Positions 25,359 through 36,630 of a stretch of DNA of 64,000 bases are shown here, piece by piece. The notes beneath the pieces were generated by a model. It searched no databases. It worked only from the letters and a program-made list of their open reading frames with translations, and was not told the origin of the DNA. Both the position numbers and the translations under genes were made by a program. Source of the DNA: Escherichia coli 042 (GTDB lineage Bacteria; Pseudomonadota; Gammaproteobacteria; Enterobacterales; Enterobacteriaceae); NCBI RefSeq assembly GCF_000027125.1, contig NC_017626.1, one strand, 5' to 3'. Numbering within the stretch: position 1 is the first letter of the stretch; each line of letters begins with the position of its first letter.

Positions 25359-28031
25359 ATGCGTCAGAAAGAGACAACGGCCACGACCCGCTTTTCACTC
25401 CTACCGGGGAGCATTACCCGCTTCTTTTTACTGTTGATCATTGTGTTACTGGTGACGATGGGGGTAATGGTACAAAGTGCCGTTAACGCCTGGCTGAAAG
25501 ATAAAAGTTACCAGATTGTCGACATTACCCACGCAATCCAAAAGCGCGTCGATACCTGGCGTTACGTGACCTGGCAGATTTACGACAACATTGCCGCGAC
25601 GACCTCCCCCTCCTCCGGCGAAGGTTTACAAGAGACGCGCCTGAAACAGGATGTCTACTATCTGGAGAAACCACGCCGCAAAACGGAAGCGTTAATCTTT
25701 GGCTCTCACGACAACTCAACGCTTGAGATGACTCAACGGATGTCCACTTATCTGGATACATTGTGGGGCGCAGAAAATGTACCGTGGTCGATGTATTACC
25801 TGAATGGTCAGGATAACAGTCTGGTGCTGATCTCAACCCTGCCCCTCAAAGATCTCACCTCCGGTTTTAAAGAATCGACCGTCAGCGACATTGTTGATTC
25901 ACGTCGTGCAGAGATGTTGCAACAGGCCAACGCCCTCGATGAACGCGAAAGCTTTTCTAACATGCGCCGCCTGGCCTGGCAGAACGGTCATTACTTTACC
26001 TTGCGTACCACCTTTAACCAGCCGGGACATCTGGCAACGGTTGTGGCTTTTGATCTGCCGATTAATGATTTGATCCCACCGGGTATGCCGCTGGACAGTT
26101 TCCGCCTTGAGCCAGACGCGACGGCAACGGGAGACAATGATAATGAGAAAGAAGGGACGGATAGCGTCAGTATCCACTTTAACAGTACGAAGATTGAAAT
26201 CTCCTCGGCACTCAACTCTACCGATATGCGACTGGTCTGGCAGGTTCCTTATGGCACCTTATTGCTGGATACGTTGCAAAACATTCTGCTGCCACTGCTG
26301 CTGAACATCGGTTTGCTGGCGCTGGCGTTATTTGGCTATACCACATTCCGCCATTTCTCCAGTCGCAGTACAGAAAGTCTACCCAACACGGCGGTCAATA
26401 ACGAATTGCGCATTTTACGGGCAATCAATGAAGAGATAGTCTCACTGCTGCCGCTCGGCCTGCTGGTTCACGATCAGGAATCGAACCGCACTGTCATAAG
26501 TAACAAAATTGCCGATCATTTGCTGCCGCATTTGAATCTGCAAAACATCACCACCATGGCGGAACAGCATCAGGGGATTATTCAGGCGACGATCAATAAC
26601 GAGCTGTATGAGATCCGCATGTTCCGCAGCCAGGTCGCGCCGCGCACACAAATTTTCATTATTCGCGATCAGGATCGCGAAGTGCTGGTAAACAAGAAAC
26701 TCAAGCAGGCGCAGCGTCTGTATGAGAAAAACCAGCAGGGGCGGATGACCTTTATGAAAAACATTGGCGATGCGCTGAAAGAACCTGCACAGTCCCTGGC
26801 GGAGAGCGCGGCTAAACTCAACGCCCCGGAAAGCAAACAACTGGCGAATCAGGCAGATGTGCTGGTGCGGCTGGTCGATGAAATACAGTTAGCGAACATG
26901 CTTGCGGACGATAGCTGGAAAAGTGAGACGGTGCTGTTCTCCGTGCAGGATTTGATTGATGAAGTTGTGCCTTCAGTGTTGCCTGCCATCAAGCGTAAAG
27001 GTCTGCAACTGCTGATTAACAATCATCTGAAAGCACACGATATGCGCCGCGGCGATCGCGATGCCTTACGACGTATTTTGCTGCTACTGATGCAATATGC
27101 CGTGACCTCAACGCAATTGGGAAAAATCACCCTTGAGGTTGATCAGGATGAGTCCTCCGAAGACCGCCTGACGTTCCGCATTCTGGACACCGGAGAAGGC
27201 GTAAGCATTCATGAAATGGATAATTTGCACTTCCCGTTTATCAACCAGACCCAAAACGATCGCTATGGCAAGGCGGACCCGCTGGCATTCTGGCTGAGCG
27301 ATCAACTGGCACGTAAACTGGGCGGCCATTTAAACATTAAAACGCGGGATGGGCTTGGTACACGCTACTCTGTGCATATCAAAATGCTCGCAGCTGACCC
27401 GGAAGTTGAAGAGGAAGAAGAGCGTTTACTGGATGATGTCTGCGTAATGGTGGATGTTACTTCGGCAGAAATTCGGAATATTGTCACTCGCCAGTTAGAA
27501 AATTGGGGTGCAACCTGTATCACACCCGATGAAAGATTAATTAGTCAAGATTATGATATCTTTTTAACGGATAATCCGTCTAATCTTACTGCCTCTGGCT
27601 TGCTTTTAAGCGATGATGAGTCTGGCGTACGGGAAATTGGGCCTGGTCAATTGTGCGTCAACTTCAATATGAGCAACGCTATGCAGGAAGCGGTCTTACA
27701 ATTAATTGAAGTGCAACTGGCGCAGGAAGAGGTGACAGAATCGCCTCTGGGCGGAGATGAAAATGCGCAACTCCATGCCAGCGGCTATTATGCGCTCTTT
27801 GTAGACACAGTACCGGATGATGTTAAGAGGCTGTATACTGAAGCAGCAACCAGTGACTTTGCTGCGTTAGCCCAAACGGCTCATCGTCTTAAAGGCGTAT
27901 TTGCCATGCTAAATCTGGTACCCGGCAAGCAGTTATGTGAAACGCTGGAACATCTGATTCGTGAGAAGGATGTTCCAGGAATAGAAAAATACATCAGCGA
28001 CATTGACAGTTATGTCAAGAGCTTGCTGTAG
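25359..28031 (+). CDS. rcsD: Phosphotransfer intermediate RcsD (YojN)
   Basis: 890 aa, N-terminal TM/periplasmic domain, degenerate kinase-like region, C-terminal HPt domain; immediately upstream of rcsB. Confidence 0.9.
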   Translation: MRQKETTATTRFSLLPGSITRFFLLLIIVLLVTMGVMVQSAVNAWLKDKSYQIVDITHAIQKRVDTWRYVTWQIYDNIAATTSPSSGEGLQETRLKQDVYYLEKPRRKTEALIFGSHDNSTLEMTQRMSTYLDTLWGAENVPWSMYYLNGQDNSLVLISTLPLKDLTSGFKESTVSDIVDSRRAEMLQQANALDERESFSNMRRLAWQNGHYFTLRTTFNQPGHLATVVAFDLPINDLIPPGMPLDSFRLEPDATATGDNDNEKEGTDSVSIHFNSTKIEISSALNSTDMRLVWQVPYGTLLLDTLQNILLPLLLNIGLLALALFGYTTFRHFSSRSTESLPNTAVNNELRILRAINEEIVSLLPLGLLVHDQESNRTVISNKIADHLLPHLNLQNITTMAEQHQGIIQATINNELYEIRMFRSQVAPRTQIFIIRDQDREVLVNKKLKQAQRLYEKNQQGRMTFMKNIGDALKEPAQSLAESAAKLNAPESKQLANQADVLVRLVDEIQLANMLADDSWKSETVLFSVQDLIDEVVPSVLPAIKRKGLQLLINNHLKAHDMRRGDRDALRRILLLLMQYAVTSTQLGKITLEVDQDESSEDRLTFRILDTGEGVSIHEMDNLHFPFINQTQNDRYGKADPLAFWLSDQLARKLGGHLNIKTRDGLGTRYSVHIKMLAADPEVEEEEERLLDDVCVMVDVTSAEIRNIVTRQLENWGATCITPDERLISQDYDIFLTDNPSNLTASGLLLSDDESGVREIGPGQLCVNFNMSNAMQEAVLQLIEVQLAQEEVTESPLGGDENAQLHASGYYALFVDTVPDDVKRLYTEAATSDFAALAQTAHRLKGVFAMLNLVPGKQLCETLEHLIREKDVPGIEKYISDIDSYVKSLL

Positions 28032-28047
28032 CAAGGTAGCCTATTAC

Positions 28048-28698
28048 ATGAACAATATGAACGTAATTATTGCCGATGACCATCCGATAGTCTTGTTCGG
28101 TATTCGCAAATCACTTGAGCAAATTGAGTGGGTGAATGTTGTCGGCGAATTTGAAGACTCTACAGCACTGATCAACAACCTGCCGAAACTGGATGCGCAT
28201 GTGTTGATTACCGATCTCTCCATGCCTGGCGATAAGTACGGCGATGGCATTACCTTAATCAAGTACATCAAGCGCCATTTCCCAAGCCTGTCGATCATTG
28301 TTCTGACTATGAACAACAACCCGGCGATTCTTAGTGCGGTATTGGATCTGGATATCGAAGGGATCGTGCTGAAACAAGGTGCACCGACCGATCTGCCGAA
28401 AGCTCTCGCCGCGCTGCAGAAAGGGAAGAAATTTACCCCGGAAAGCGTTTCTCGCCTGTTGGAAAAAATCAGTGCTGGTGGTTACGGTGACAAGCGTCTC
28501 TCGCCAAAAGAGAGTGAAGTTCTGCGCCTGTTTGCGGAAGGTTTCCTGGTGACTGAGATCGCTAAAAAGCTGAACCGCAGTATCAAAACCATCAGTAGCC
28601 AGAAGAAATCTGCGATGATGAAGCTGGGTGTCGAGAACGATATTGCTCTGCTGAATTATCTCTCTTCTGTGACCTTAAGTCCGGCAGATAAAGACTAA
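28048..28698 (+). CDS. rcsB: Response regulator RcsB
   Basis: Start set at MNNMNVIIADDHP (216 aa); receiver domain plus LuxR-type HTH. Confidence 0.9.
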   Translation: MNNMNVIIADDHPIVLFGIRKSLEQIEWVNVVGEFEDSTALINNLPKLDAHVLITDLSMPGDKYGDGITLIKYIKRHFPSLSIIVLTMNNNPAILSAVLDLDIEGIVLKQGAPTDLPKALAALQKGKKFTPESVSRLLEKISAGGYGDKRLSPKESEVLRLFAEGFLVTEIAKKLNRSIKTISSQKKSAMMKLGVENDIALLNYLSSVTLSPADKD

Positions 28699-28704
28699 TC
28701 ACCT

Positions 28705-28897
<193 letters not shown>

Positions 28898-28902
<5 letters not shown>

Positions 28903-31747
28903 ATTCCCGCGATTTCCTGACCCTCTCGGCATATACCGTCAGCGTCTGTTTTATCACATCCAGCGTTACCGGCTTCGACAGGCAGCTGTCCATACCGGAC
29001 TCCAGACACCGCTGCTTCTCTTCAGCCAACGCATTAGCAGTTACTCCGATTACCGGCAACGTCAGTCCCAACTGACGAATGCGTTGCGTCAAGCGGTAAC
29101 CATCCATATTTGGCATGTTGACGTCGCTAAGCACGATATCAATATGATTCTTGCTAAGTACATTAAGCGCATCGACGCCATCATTCGCGGTTTTACATTG
29201 ATAGCCCAACGATCCCAACTGATCTGCCAGCAGACGTCGGTTAATCGGATGATCATCCACGACCAGAATCATCATATCGTCATTATCGCTGACCGCTTTG
29301 TCCGTCGACGGCAGAGCGTTAGCAGGATCGTCGCTCTCCATCTCGATCAAATAAATACGCGCCAACAATGCCGGTAGCTCATGCGGAGCAGCCACACTGT
29401 GTACCCACTCTCCTGGCGCTTTCTCCAGCGGAATACCAATATGTCGACGACAGAAGGTCACTACCGCTCTGCCCTGCCATTTTTTACTCACTACCTCGTC
29501 AGTGATTAACACATCTTCGGGAGTCGGTTCCTGCCCTTCGTATGTTGTTACGACGATGCCGCTGCGCTGCAAACTGTTTTCCAGGAACTGACAGAGCGAC
29601 GCATTGCGGACCGCCAGCCAGCAGCGTTTACCACTCAACCCTTCCACGCCTTTTTTCTGCGGGTACTGAGCGCCGTACAACGGAATACGCACGGTAAACT
29701 GGCTGCCCATTCCCGGTTCTGAATCTACCGAGATATCGCCGTCCATCATGCTGATCAGTTTTTCACAAATCGCCAGACCCAGACCGGTCCCCTGGAAGTT
29801 TCGCTGTACGCCCGTTCCGACCTGGAAGAAGGGATCAAACAAGCGCACCACTTCTTTCGCCGGAATCCCCACGCCGGTATCGCGAACACGGATAGAGAGA
29901 TAATCGCCATCAGCGCGAACATGTAGAACTATACAGCCGGTATCGGTGAATTTTATGGCGTTACTCAACAGATTGGAGATGACCTGCTGTAAACGCATCG
30001 GGTCGCCATTTAAGGCCACTGGCACATCCGGTTCAATAAAGCAGTACAAGCCTAGCTGCTTGCGTACCACCAGCGGTAAATAGTTGGCGGTGATGTGGTT
30101 CATCACTTCACGCGGTGAAAACTCACGCGGTTCGATCTTCAACTGTTCCGATTCAATCTTCGAGAAATCGAGAATATCGCTGATAATTTTCAACAACAGG
30201 CTGGAAGAGTTGTTCATTGCCGTCACCAGACGATCGACGCCTTTCGGTAACTCTTTGGTTTGCAAAAGATCCAGGTTACCGATAATGCCATACAGCGGCG
30301 TTCGCAGCTCATGACTGACGGTGGCAAGGAACATCGATTTTGACTGGCTCGCCTGTTCCGCTGCTTGTGCCATCTCCTGCAACGACTCTTCCATCTTCAC
30401 GCGCGAAGAAACATCCACCAGCACACAAATGGCCACGTTTTCATTACGATAGCGCGAATGGACGAAGCTGATTTGCAGATTGGTATTGTTGCTGGTCAGG
30501 ACATCAACAAAATTGACCTGCTGCCCACAGATAATTTGTGTCAGCCGTTGGCGGTCCTCATGCGTAAGCATATTGAGATAGGTATGCGCCAGTTCGTTAC
30601 TTAAAATATTGACGCCATCAGCGGTACGCAAAATGCAGATACCCACTGGCGCGGAGGCGACAATCTTGCGATTAAACTGCTCATGTTCTTCCAGTCGCAA
30701 GGCGTCGCTTTCCGCCGGAATGAAAATACGCCGCTCGTACATCCGCGCGAGAGTAAACAATGCAGCTCCGGCAAGCACATTCAGCAAAATTGCGTTAAGG
30801 ATCAACATGCGAATGCGTTCCAGCACCTTATCAACCGGCACCGAATACACGATGCTTAGCGATGAGGGTGGCAGATTTTTCTTCAGCACCAGCTCCCGGA
30901 ACCCTTCCGTATAGCCAAACCAGGAGCGTTCCTGCATCCAGCGAGGATCGCCCTTAATTTTGCTTTCTGGTCCGGTAAGCGAAATCAGGGTATGACCATT
31001 TTCATCAAGAATGGTAACCCCCATCGGCAACGTACCAGGTAAGAAAAAGTTCTCCATCCGGATGGTCTGCTCGACACCCAAAAGCGCCTGCAACCGGTTC
31101 GCCAGATAAACTGGCGTCAACGCGTAAAAATACCCGACGCCAGGGCGCGGACCTTCGCTGATCCAGTAGAGGTTACTGCCGCTATCATCTTGTGGTGCAT
31201 TTCGATATTTATTGATGCGTTCATGCAACGCTTTCAACGCGGTATCGCGTTCCACTGGCATATCACGCAGACCGAAATTGGCCATGCAGAGGTTATCGCT
31301 GCCGATTAAAAATACCCGGTTGAGATCGTAAGCTGCAGAGAAATTATCGCGCCAGTAGCGCATAAACCACGCCAATGACTCCAGAGAGCCTCGCCAGGTG
31401 TTACTCATTGCGGAACAATCGGAGTCGGCAAACAGCGGTTCAAACGCAGGCACATCCGCCTGCGTTTCTCGTCCACGCGGGGAAAGCACACCGTTTTCTG
31501 CCGATAAGCGATTTTCGGCGATGTACTTCAGCTCTTTCATCACATCAGAGGTGCGTTGAATAAAGCGCTGAGCCTGATCGGAACTCAGATTAAATTCCTG
31601 ACGAATTTCCGATTCTCGCTGATGTAACGCATTAACGATGTAAAAAACGGATGAAAAAGCAATCAACAGCCAGAGCACTAACGCCAATGCTCTGAACATG
31701 TAGCGCGAGGCTTTCAGGGTTGTACGAAAAGAAGCAAGGTATTTCAA
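28898..31747 (-). CDS. rcsC: Hybrid sensor histidine kinase RcsC
   Basis: 949 aa, two TM segments flanking periplasmic domain, HisKA/HATPase, C-terminal receiver. Confidence 0.9.
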
Positions 31748-31913
31748 AGGGGCGAAGCTCCGCCTCAGGTGACCGATGGAGTGTGGTTAAGGTAGCGGTA
31801 AAAGCGTGTTACCGCAATGTTCTCTCTTCTCTGGAATATGATACACCGCCGAGAAATCATCACCTTAACCTCTGATAATCGTCATATACCGGACAAGACT
31901 AGTGGATTTCAGC

Positions 31914-33740
31914 ATGCATTATATGAAGTGGATTTATCCACGCCGCTTACGCAATCAAATGATTCTGATGGCAATCCTGATGGTCATTGTCCCAACGCTT
32001 ACTATTGGTTATATCGTAGAAACGGAAGGACGTTCAGCAGTCTTATCTGAAAAAGAGAAAAAACTTTCTGCCGTGGTCAACCTGCTTAATCAGGCACTAG
32101 GCGATCGCTATGATCTCTACATCGACTTACCACGTGAGGAGCGTATCCGCGCATTAAATGCAGAACTTGCCCCCATTACCGAAAATATCACTCACGCCTT
32201 CCCTGGCATCGGCGCTGGTTATTACAACAAAACGCTGGATGCGATAATCACCTACGCGCCTTCAGCGCTATATCAGAATAATGTCGGCGTTACCATTGCC
32301 GCAGATCACCCTGGTCGCGAAGTCATGCGTACAAATACCCCTTTGGTTTATTCAGGCAGGCAGGTGCGCGGCGATATTTTGAATTCAATGATCCCCATTG
32401 AGCGTAATGGTGAAATCCTCGGCTATATCTGGGCCAATGAATTAACCGAAGATATTCGCCGCCAGGCCTGGAAAATGGATGTGAGGATTATCATTGTGCT
32501 CACCGCCGGTTTGCTGATAAGCCTGCTGTTGATTGTCCTTTTCTCCCGTCGCCTGAGCGCCAATATTGATATCATCACCGATGGCCTCTCGACTCTGGCG
32601 CAAAATATTCCCACTCGATTACCACAATTGCCCGGTGAAATGGGGCAAATCAGTCAGAGTGTTAACAACCTCGCCCAGGCACTGCGTGAAACGCGGACAC
32701 TTAACGATCTGATTATTGAAAACGCTGCCGATGGCGTCATTGCCATTGACCGCCAGGGTGATGTAACCACCATGAACCCGGCAGCAGAAGTCATCACTGG
32801 CTATCAACGTCATGAACTGGTAGGGCAGCCTTACTCCATGTTGTTCGACAATACTCAGTTCTACAGTCCAGTACTGGATACGCTGGAACATGGCACCGAA
32901 CATGTGGCGCTGGAGATCAGTTTTCCAGGCCGTGACCGCACCATTGAACTCAGTGTCACTACCAGTCGTATTCATAACACGCATGGTGAAATGATAGGTG
33001 CTTTGGTGATTTTCTCTGATTTAACTGCCCGCAAAGAAACCCAGCGCCGCATGGCGCAAGCAGAACGCCTCGCCACACTGGGTGAGCTGATGGCTGGCGT
33101 CGCGCATGAAGTACGTAATCCGCTAACGGCTATTCGTGGTTATGTACAGATCTTGCGCCAACAAACCAGCGACCTAATACATCAGGAATATCTGTCCGTA
33201 GTACTCAAAGAAATCGATTCAATTAACAAAGTTATTCAGCAATTGCTCGAATTTTCACGTCCACGCCACAGTCAATGGCAACAAGTCAGTCTCAATGCAT
33301 TGGTTGAAGAAACTCTGGTACTGGTACAAACCGCCGGCGTACAAGCGCGGGTCGACTTCATAAGCGAACTGGATAATGAATTAAACCCGATTAACGCCGA
33401 TCGTGAACTGCTCAAACAGGTACTACTGAATATCCTGATCAATGCCGTCCAGGCTATCAGCGCACGAGGGAAAATTCGCATTCAAACCTGGCAATACAGC
33501 GACTCACAACAGGCCATTTCGATAGAGGACAACGGCTGTGGCATTGATCTCTCGCTGCAAAAAAAGATCTTCGATCCCTTTTTCACCACCAAAGCCTCTG
33601 GAACCGGGCTTGGTCTGGCGTTAAGTCAACGCATCATTAATGCCCATCAGGGTGATATTCGCGTCGCCAGTTTGCCGGGCTACGGCGCAACCTTCACGCT
33701 TATTTTACCGATCAATCCGCAGGGAAATCAGACTGTATGA
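31914..33740 (+). CDS. atoS: Sensor histidine kinase AtoS
   Basis: Membrane sensor with PAS, HisKA (H-box GVAHEVRNPL) and HATPase domains; start set at MHYMKW (608 aa); 4-nt overlap with atoC. Confidence 0.85.
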   Translation: MHYMKWIYPRRLRNQMILMAILMVIVPTLTIGYIVETEGRSAVLSEKEKKLSAVVNLLNQALGDRYDLYIDLPREERIRALNAELAPITENITHAFPGIGAGYYNKTLDAIITYAPSALYQNNVGVTIAADHPGREVMRTNTPLVYSGRQVRGDILNSMIPIERNGEILGYIWANELTEDIRRQAWKMDVRIIIVLTAGLLISLLLIVLFSRRLSANIDIITDGLSTLAQNIPTRLPQLPGEMGQISQSVNNLAQALRETRTLNDLIIENAADGVIAIDRQGDVTTMNPAAEVITGYQRHELVGQPYSMLFDNTQFYSPVLDTLEHGTEHVALEISFPGRDRTIELSVTTSRIHNTHGEMIGALVIFSDLTARKETQRRMAQAERLATLGELMAGVAHEVRNPLTAIRGYVQILRQQTSDLIHQEYLSVVLKEIDSINKVIQQLLEFSRPRHSQWQQVSLNALVEETLVLVQTAGVQARVDFISELDNELNPINADRELLKQVLLNILINAVQAISARGKIRIQTWQYSDSQQAISIEDNGCGIDLSLQKKIFDPFFTTKASGTGLGLALSQRIINAHQGDIRVASLPGYGATFTLILPINPQGNQTV

Positions 33741-35122
33741 CTGCTATTAATCGCATCCTTATTGTGGATGATGAAGATAATGTTCGCCGTATGCTGAGCA
33801 CCGCTTTTGCACTACAAGGATTCGAAACACATTGTGCGAACAACGGACGCACAGCATTACACCTGTTTGCCGATATTCACCCTGACGTGGTGTTGATGGA
33901 TATCCGCATGCCAGAGATGGACGGCATCAAGGCACTCAAGGAGATGCGCAGCCATGAGACACGGACCCCCGTTATTCTGATGACGGCCTATGCTGAAGTG
34001 GAAACCGCCGTCGAAGCGCTACGCTGCGGGGCCTTCGACTATGTTATCAAACCGTTTGATCTCGATGAGTTGAATTTAATCGTTCAGCGCGCTTTACAAC
34101 TCCAGTCAATGAAAAAAGAGATCCGTCATCTGCACCAGGCACTGAGCACCAGCTGGCAATGGGGGCACATTCTCACCAACAGCCCTGCGATGATGGATAT
34201 CTGCAAAGACACCGCCAAAATTGCCCTTTCTCAGGCCAGCGTCTTGATTAGCGGTGAAAGCGGCACCGGGAAAGAGTTGATTGCCAGAGCGATTCACTAC
34301 AATTCGCGGCGGGCAAAGGGGCCGTTCATTAAAGTCAACTGCGCGGCGCTGCCGGAATCGTTGCTCGAAAGTGAACTGTTTGGTCATGAAAAAGGTGCAT
34401 TTACTGGTGCACAAACCTTGCGTCAGGGATTATTTGAACGTGCCAACGAAGGTACTCTGCTCCTCGACGAAATTGGCGAAATGCCGCTCGTACTGCAAGC
34501 CAAATTACTACGCATTCTGCAGGAACGGGAATTTGAACGGATTGGCGGCCATCAGACCATAAAAGTTGATATCCGCATCATTGCTGCCACCAACCGTGAC
34601 TTGCAGGCAATGGTAAAAGAAGGCACCTTCCGTGAAGATCTCTTTTATCGCCTTAACGTTATTCATTTAATACTGCCGCCTCTGCGCGATCGCCGGGAAG
34701 ATATTTCCCTGTTAGCTAATCACTTTTTGCAAAAATTCAGTAGTGAGAATCAGCGCGATATTATCGACATCGATCCGATGGCAATGTCACTGCTTACCGC
34801 CTGGTCATGGCCGGGAAATATTCGAGAGCTTTCCAACGTTATTGAACGCGCCGTCGTGATGAACTCAGGCCCGATCATTTTTTCTGAGGATCTTCCGCCG
34901 CAGATTCGTCAGCCAGTCTGTAATGCTGGCGAGGTAAAAACATCCCCTGTCGGTGAGCGTAATTTAAAAGAGGAAATTAAACGCGTCGAAAAACGCATCA
35001 TTATGGAAGTGCTGGAACAACAAGAAGGAAACCGAACCCGCACTGCTTTAATGCTGGGCATCAGTCGCCGTGCATTGATGTATAAACTCCAGGAATACGG
35101 TATCGATCCGGCGGATGTATAA
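33737..35122 (+). CDS. atoC: Sigma-54-dependent response regulator AtoC
   Basis: 461 aa: receiver, AAA+ sigma-54 activator domain (GESGTGKE, GAFTGA motif), C-terminal HTH. Confidence 0.9.
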   Translation: MTAINRILIVDDEDNVRRMLSTAFALQGFETHCANNGRTALHLFADIHPDVVLMDIRMPEMDGIKALKEMRSHETRTPVILMTAYAEVETAVEALRCGAFDYVIKPFDLDELNLIVQRALQLQSMKKEIRHLHQALSTSWQWGHILTNSPAMMDICKDTAKIALSQASVLISGESGTGKELIARAIHYNSRRAKGPFIKVNCAALPESLLESELFGHEKGAFTGAQTLRQGLFERANEGTLLLDEIGEMPLVLQAKLLRILQEREFERIGGHQTIKVDIRIIAATNRDLQAMVKEGTFREDLFYRLNVIHLILPPLRDRREDISLLANHFLQKFSSENQRDIIDIDPMAMSLLTAWSWPGNIRELSNVIERAVVMNSGPIIFSEDLPPQIRQPVCNAGEVKTSPVGERNLKEEIKRVEKRIIMEVLEQQEGNRTRTALMLGISRRALMYKLQEYGIDPADV

Positions 35123-35133
35123 CGCCAAAACTT

Positions 35134-35174
35134 GCTATGCAGAAATTTGCACAGTGCGCAATTTTCTGCATAGC
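35134..35174. promoter_or_regulatory. AtoC enhancer-like inverted repeat upstream of atoD
   Basis: gctatgcagaaa-N17-tttctgcatagc, a perfect 12-bp inverted repeat centred about 129 bp upstream of the inferred sigma-54 start. Confidence 0.6.
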
Positions 35175-35256
35175 CGCTCATTCTCCTTATGAATCCCCAT
35201 CTAATTTATCCCTTCATATTCAATTAGTTAAATAACAAAATCCAATAATCTCATTC

Positions 35257-35272
35257 TGGCACTCCCCTTGCT
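35257..35272 (+). promoter_or_regulatory. Sigma-54 (-24/-12) promoter of atoDAEB
   Basis: TGGCAC-tcccc-TTGCT matches TGGCAC-N5-TTGCW, 46 bp upstream of atoD start codon. Confidence 0.65.
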
Positions 35273-35317
35273 ATTCCATGACTGTACCCACAACGGTGTA
35301 TGCAAGAGGGATAAAAA

Positions 35318-35980
35318 ATGAAAACAAAATTGATGACATTACAAGACGCCACCGGCTTCTTTCGTGACGGCATGACCATCATGGTGGGCGGATTTATGGG
35401 GATTGGCACTCCATCCCGCCTGGTTGAAGCATTACTGGAATCTGGTGTTCGCGACCTGACATTGATAGCCAATGATACCGCGTTTGTTGATACTGGCATC
35501 GGTCCGCTCATCGTCAATGGTCGAGTCCGCAAAGTGATTGCTTCACATATCGGCACCAACCCGGAAACAGGTCGGCGCATGATATCTGGTGAGATGGACG
35601 TCGTTCTGGTGCCGCAAGGTACGCTAATCGAGCAAATTCGCTGTGGTGGAGCTGGACTTGGTGGTTTTCTCACCCCAACGGGTGTCGGCACCGTCGTAGA
35701 GGAAGGCAAACAGACACTGACACTCGACGGTAAAACCTGGCTGCTCGAACGCCCACTGCGCGCCGACCTGGCGCTAATTCGCGCTCATCGTTGCGACACA
35801 CTTGGCAACCTGACCTATCAACTTAGCGCCCGCAACTTTAACCCCCTGATAGCCCTTGCGGCTGATATCACGCTGGTAGAGCCAGATGAACTGGTCGAAA
35901 CCGGCGAGCTGCAACCTGACCATATTGTCACCCCTGGTGCCGTTATCGACCACATCATCGTTTCACAGGAGAGCAAATAA
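35318..35980 (+). CDS. atoD: Acetate CoA-transferase subunit alpha
   Basis: 220 aa CoA-transferase family I subunit A. Confidence 0.9.
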   Translation: MKTKLMTLQDATGFFRDGMTIMVGGFMGIGTPSRLVEALLESGVRDLTLIANDTAFVDTGIGPLIVNGRVRKVIASHIGTNPETGRRMISGEMDVVLVPQGTLIEQIRCGGAGLGGFLTPTGVGTVVEEGKQTLTLDGKTWLLERPLRADLALIRAHRCDTLGNLTYQLSARNFNPLIALAADITLVEPDELVETGELQPDHIVTPGAVIDHIIVSQESK

Positions 35981-36630
35981 TGGATGCGAAACAACGTATT
36001 GCGCGCCGTGTGGCGCAAGAGCTTCGTGATGGTGACATCGTTAACTTAGGGATCGGTTTACCCACAATGGTCGCCAATTATTTACCGGAGGGTATTCATA
36101 TCACTCTGCAATCGGAAAACGGCTTCCTCGGTTTAGGCCCGGTCACGACAGCGCATCCAGATCTGGTGAACGCTGGCGGACAACCGTGCGGTGTTTTACC
36201 CGGTGCAGCCATGTTTGATAGCGCCATGTCATTTGCGCTAATCCGCGGCGGTCATATTGATGCCTGCGTGCTCGGCGGTTTGCAAGTAGACGAAGAAGCA
36301 AACCTCGCGAACTGGGTAGTGCCTGGGAAAATGGTGCCCGGTATGGGTGGCGCGATGGATCTGGTGACCGGGTCGCGCAAAGTGATCATCGCCATGGAAC
36401 ATTGTGCCAAAGATGGTTCAGCAAAAATTTTGCGCCGCTGCACCATGCCACTCACTGCGCAACATGCGGTGCATATGCTGGTTACTGAACTGGCTGTCTT
36501 TCGTTTTATTGACGGCAAAATGTGGCTCACCGAAATTGCCGACGGGTGTGATTTAGCCACCGTGCGTGCCAAAACCGAAGCTCGGTTTGAAGTCGCCGCC
36601 GATCTGAATACGCAACGGGGTGATTTATGA
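35980..36630 (+). CDS. atoA: Acetate CoA-transferase subunit beta
   Basis: 216 aa CoA-transferase subunit B; start overlaps atoD stop. Confidence 0.9.
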   Translation: MDAKQRIARRVAQELRDGDIVNLGIGLPTMVANYLPEGIHITLQSENGFLGLGPVTTAHPDLVNAGGQPCGVLPGAAMFDSAMSFALIRGGHIDACVLGGLQVDEEANLANWVVPGKMVPGMGGAMDLVTGSRKVIIAMEHCAKDGSAKILRRCTMPLTAQHAVHMLVTELAVFRFIDGKMWLTEIADGCDLATVRAKTEARFEVAADLNTQRGDL

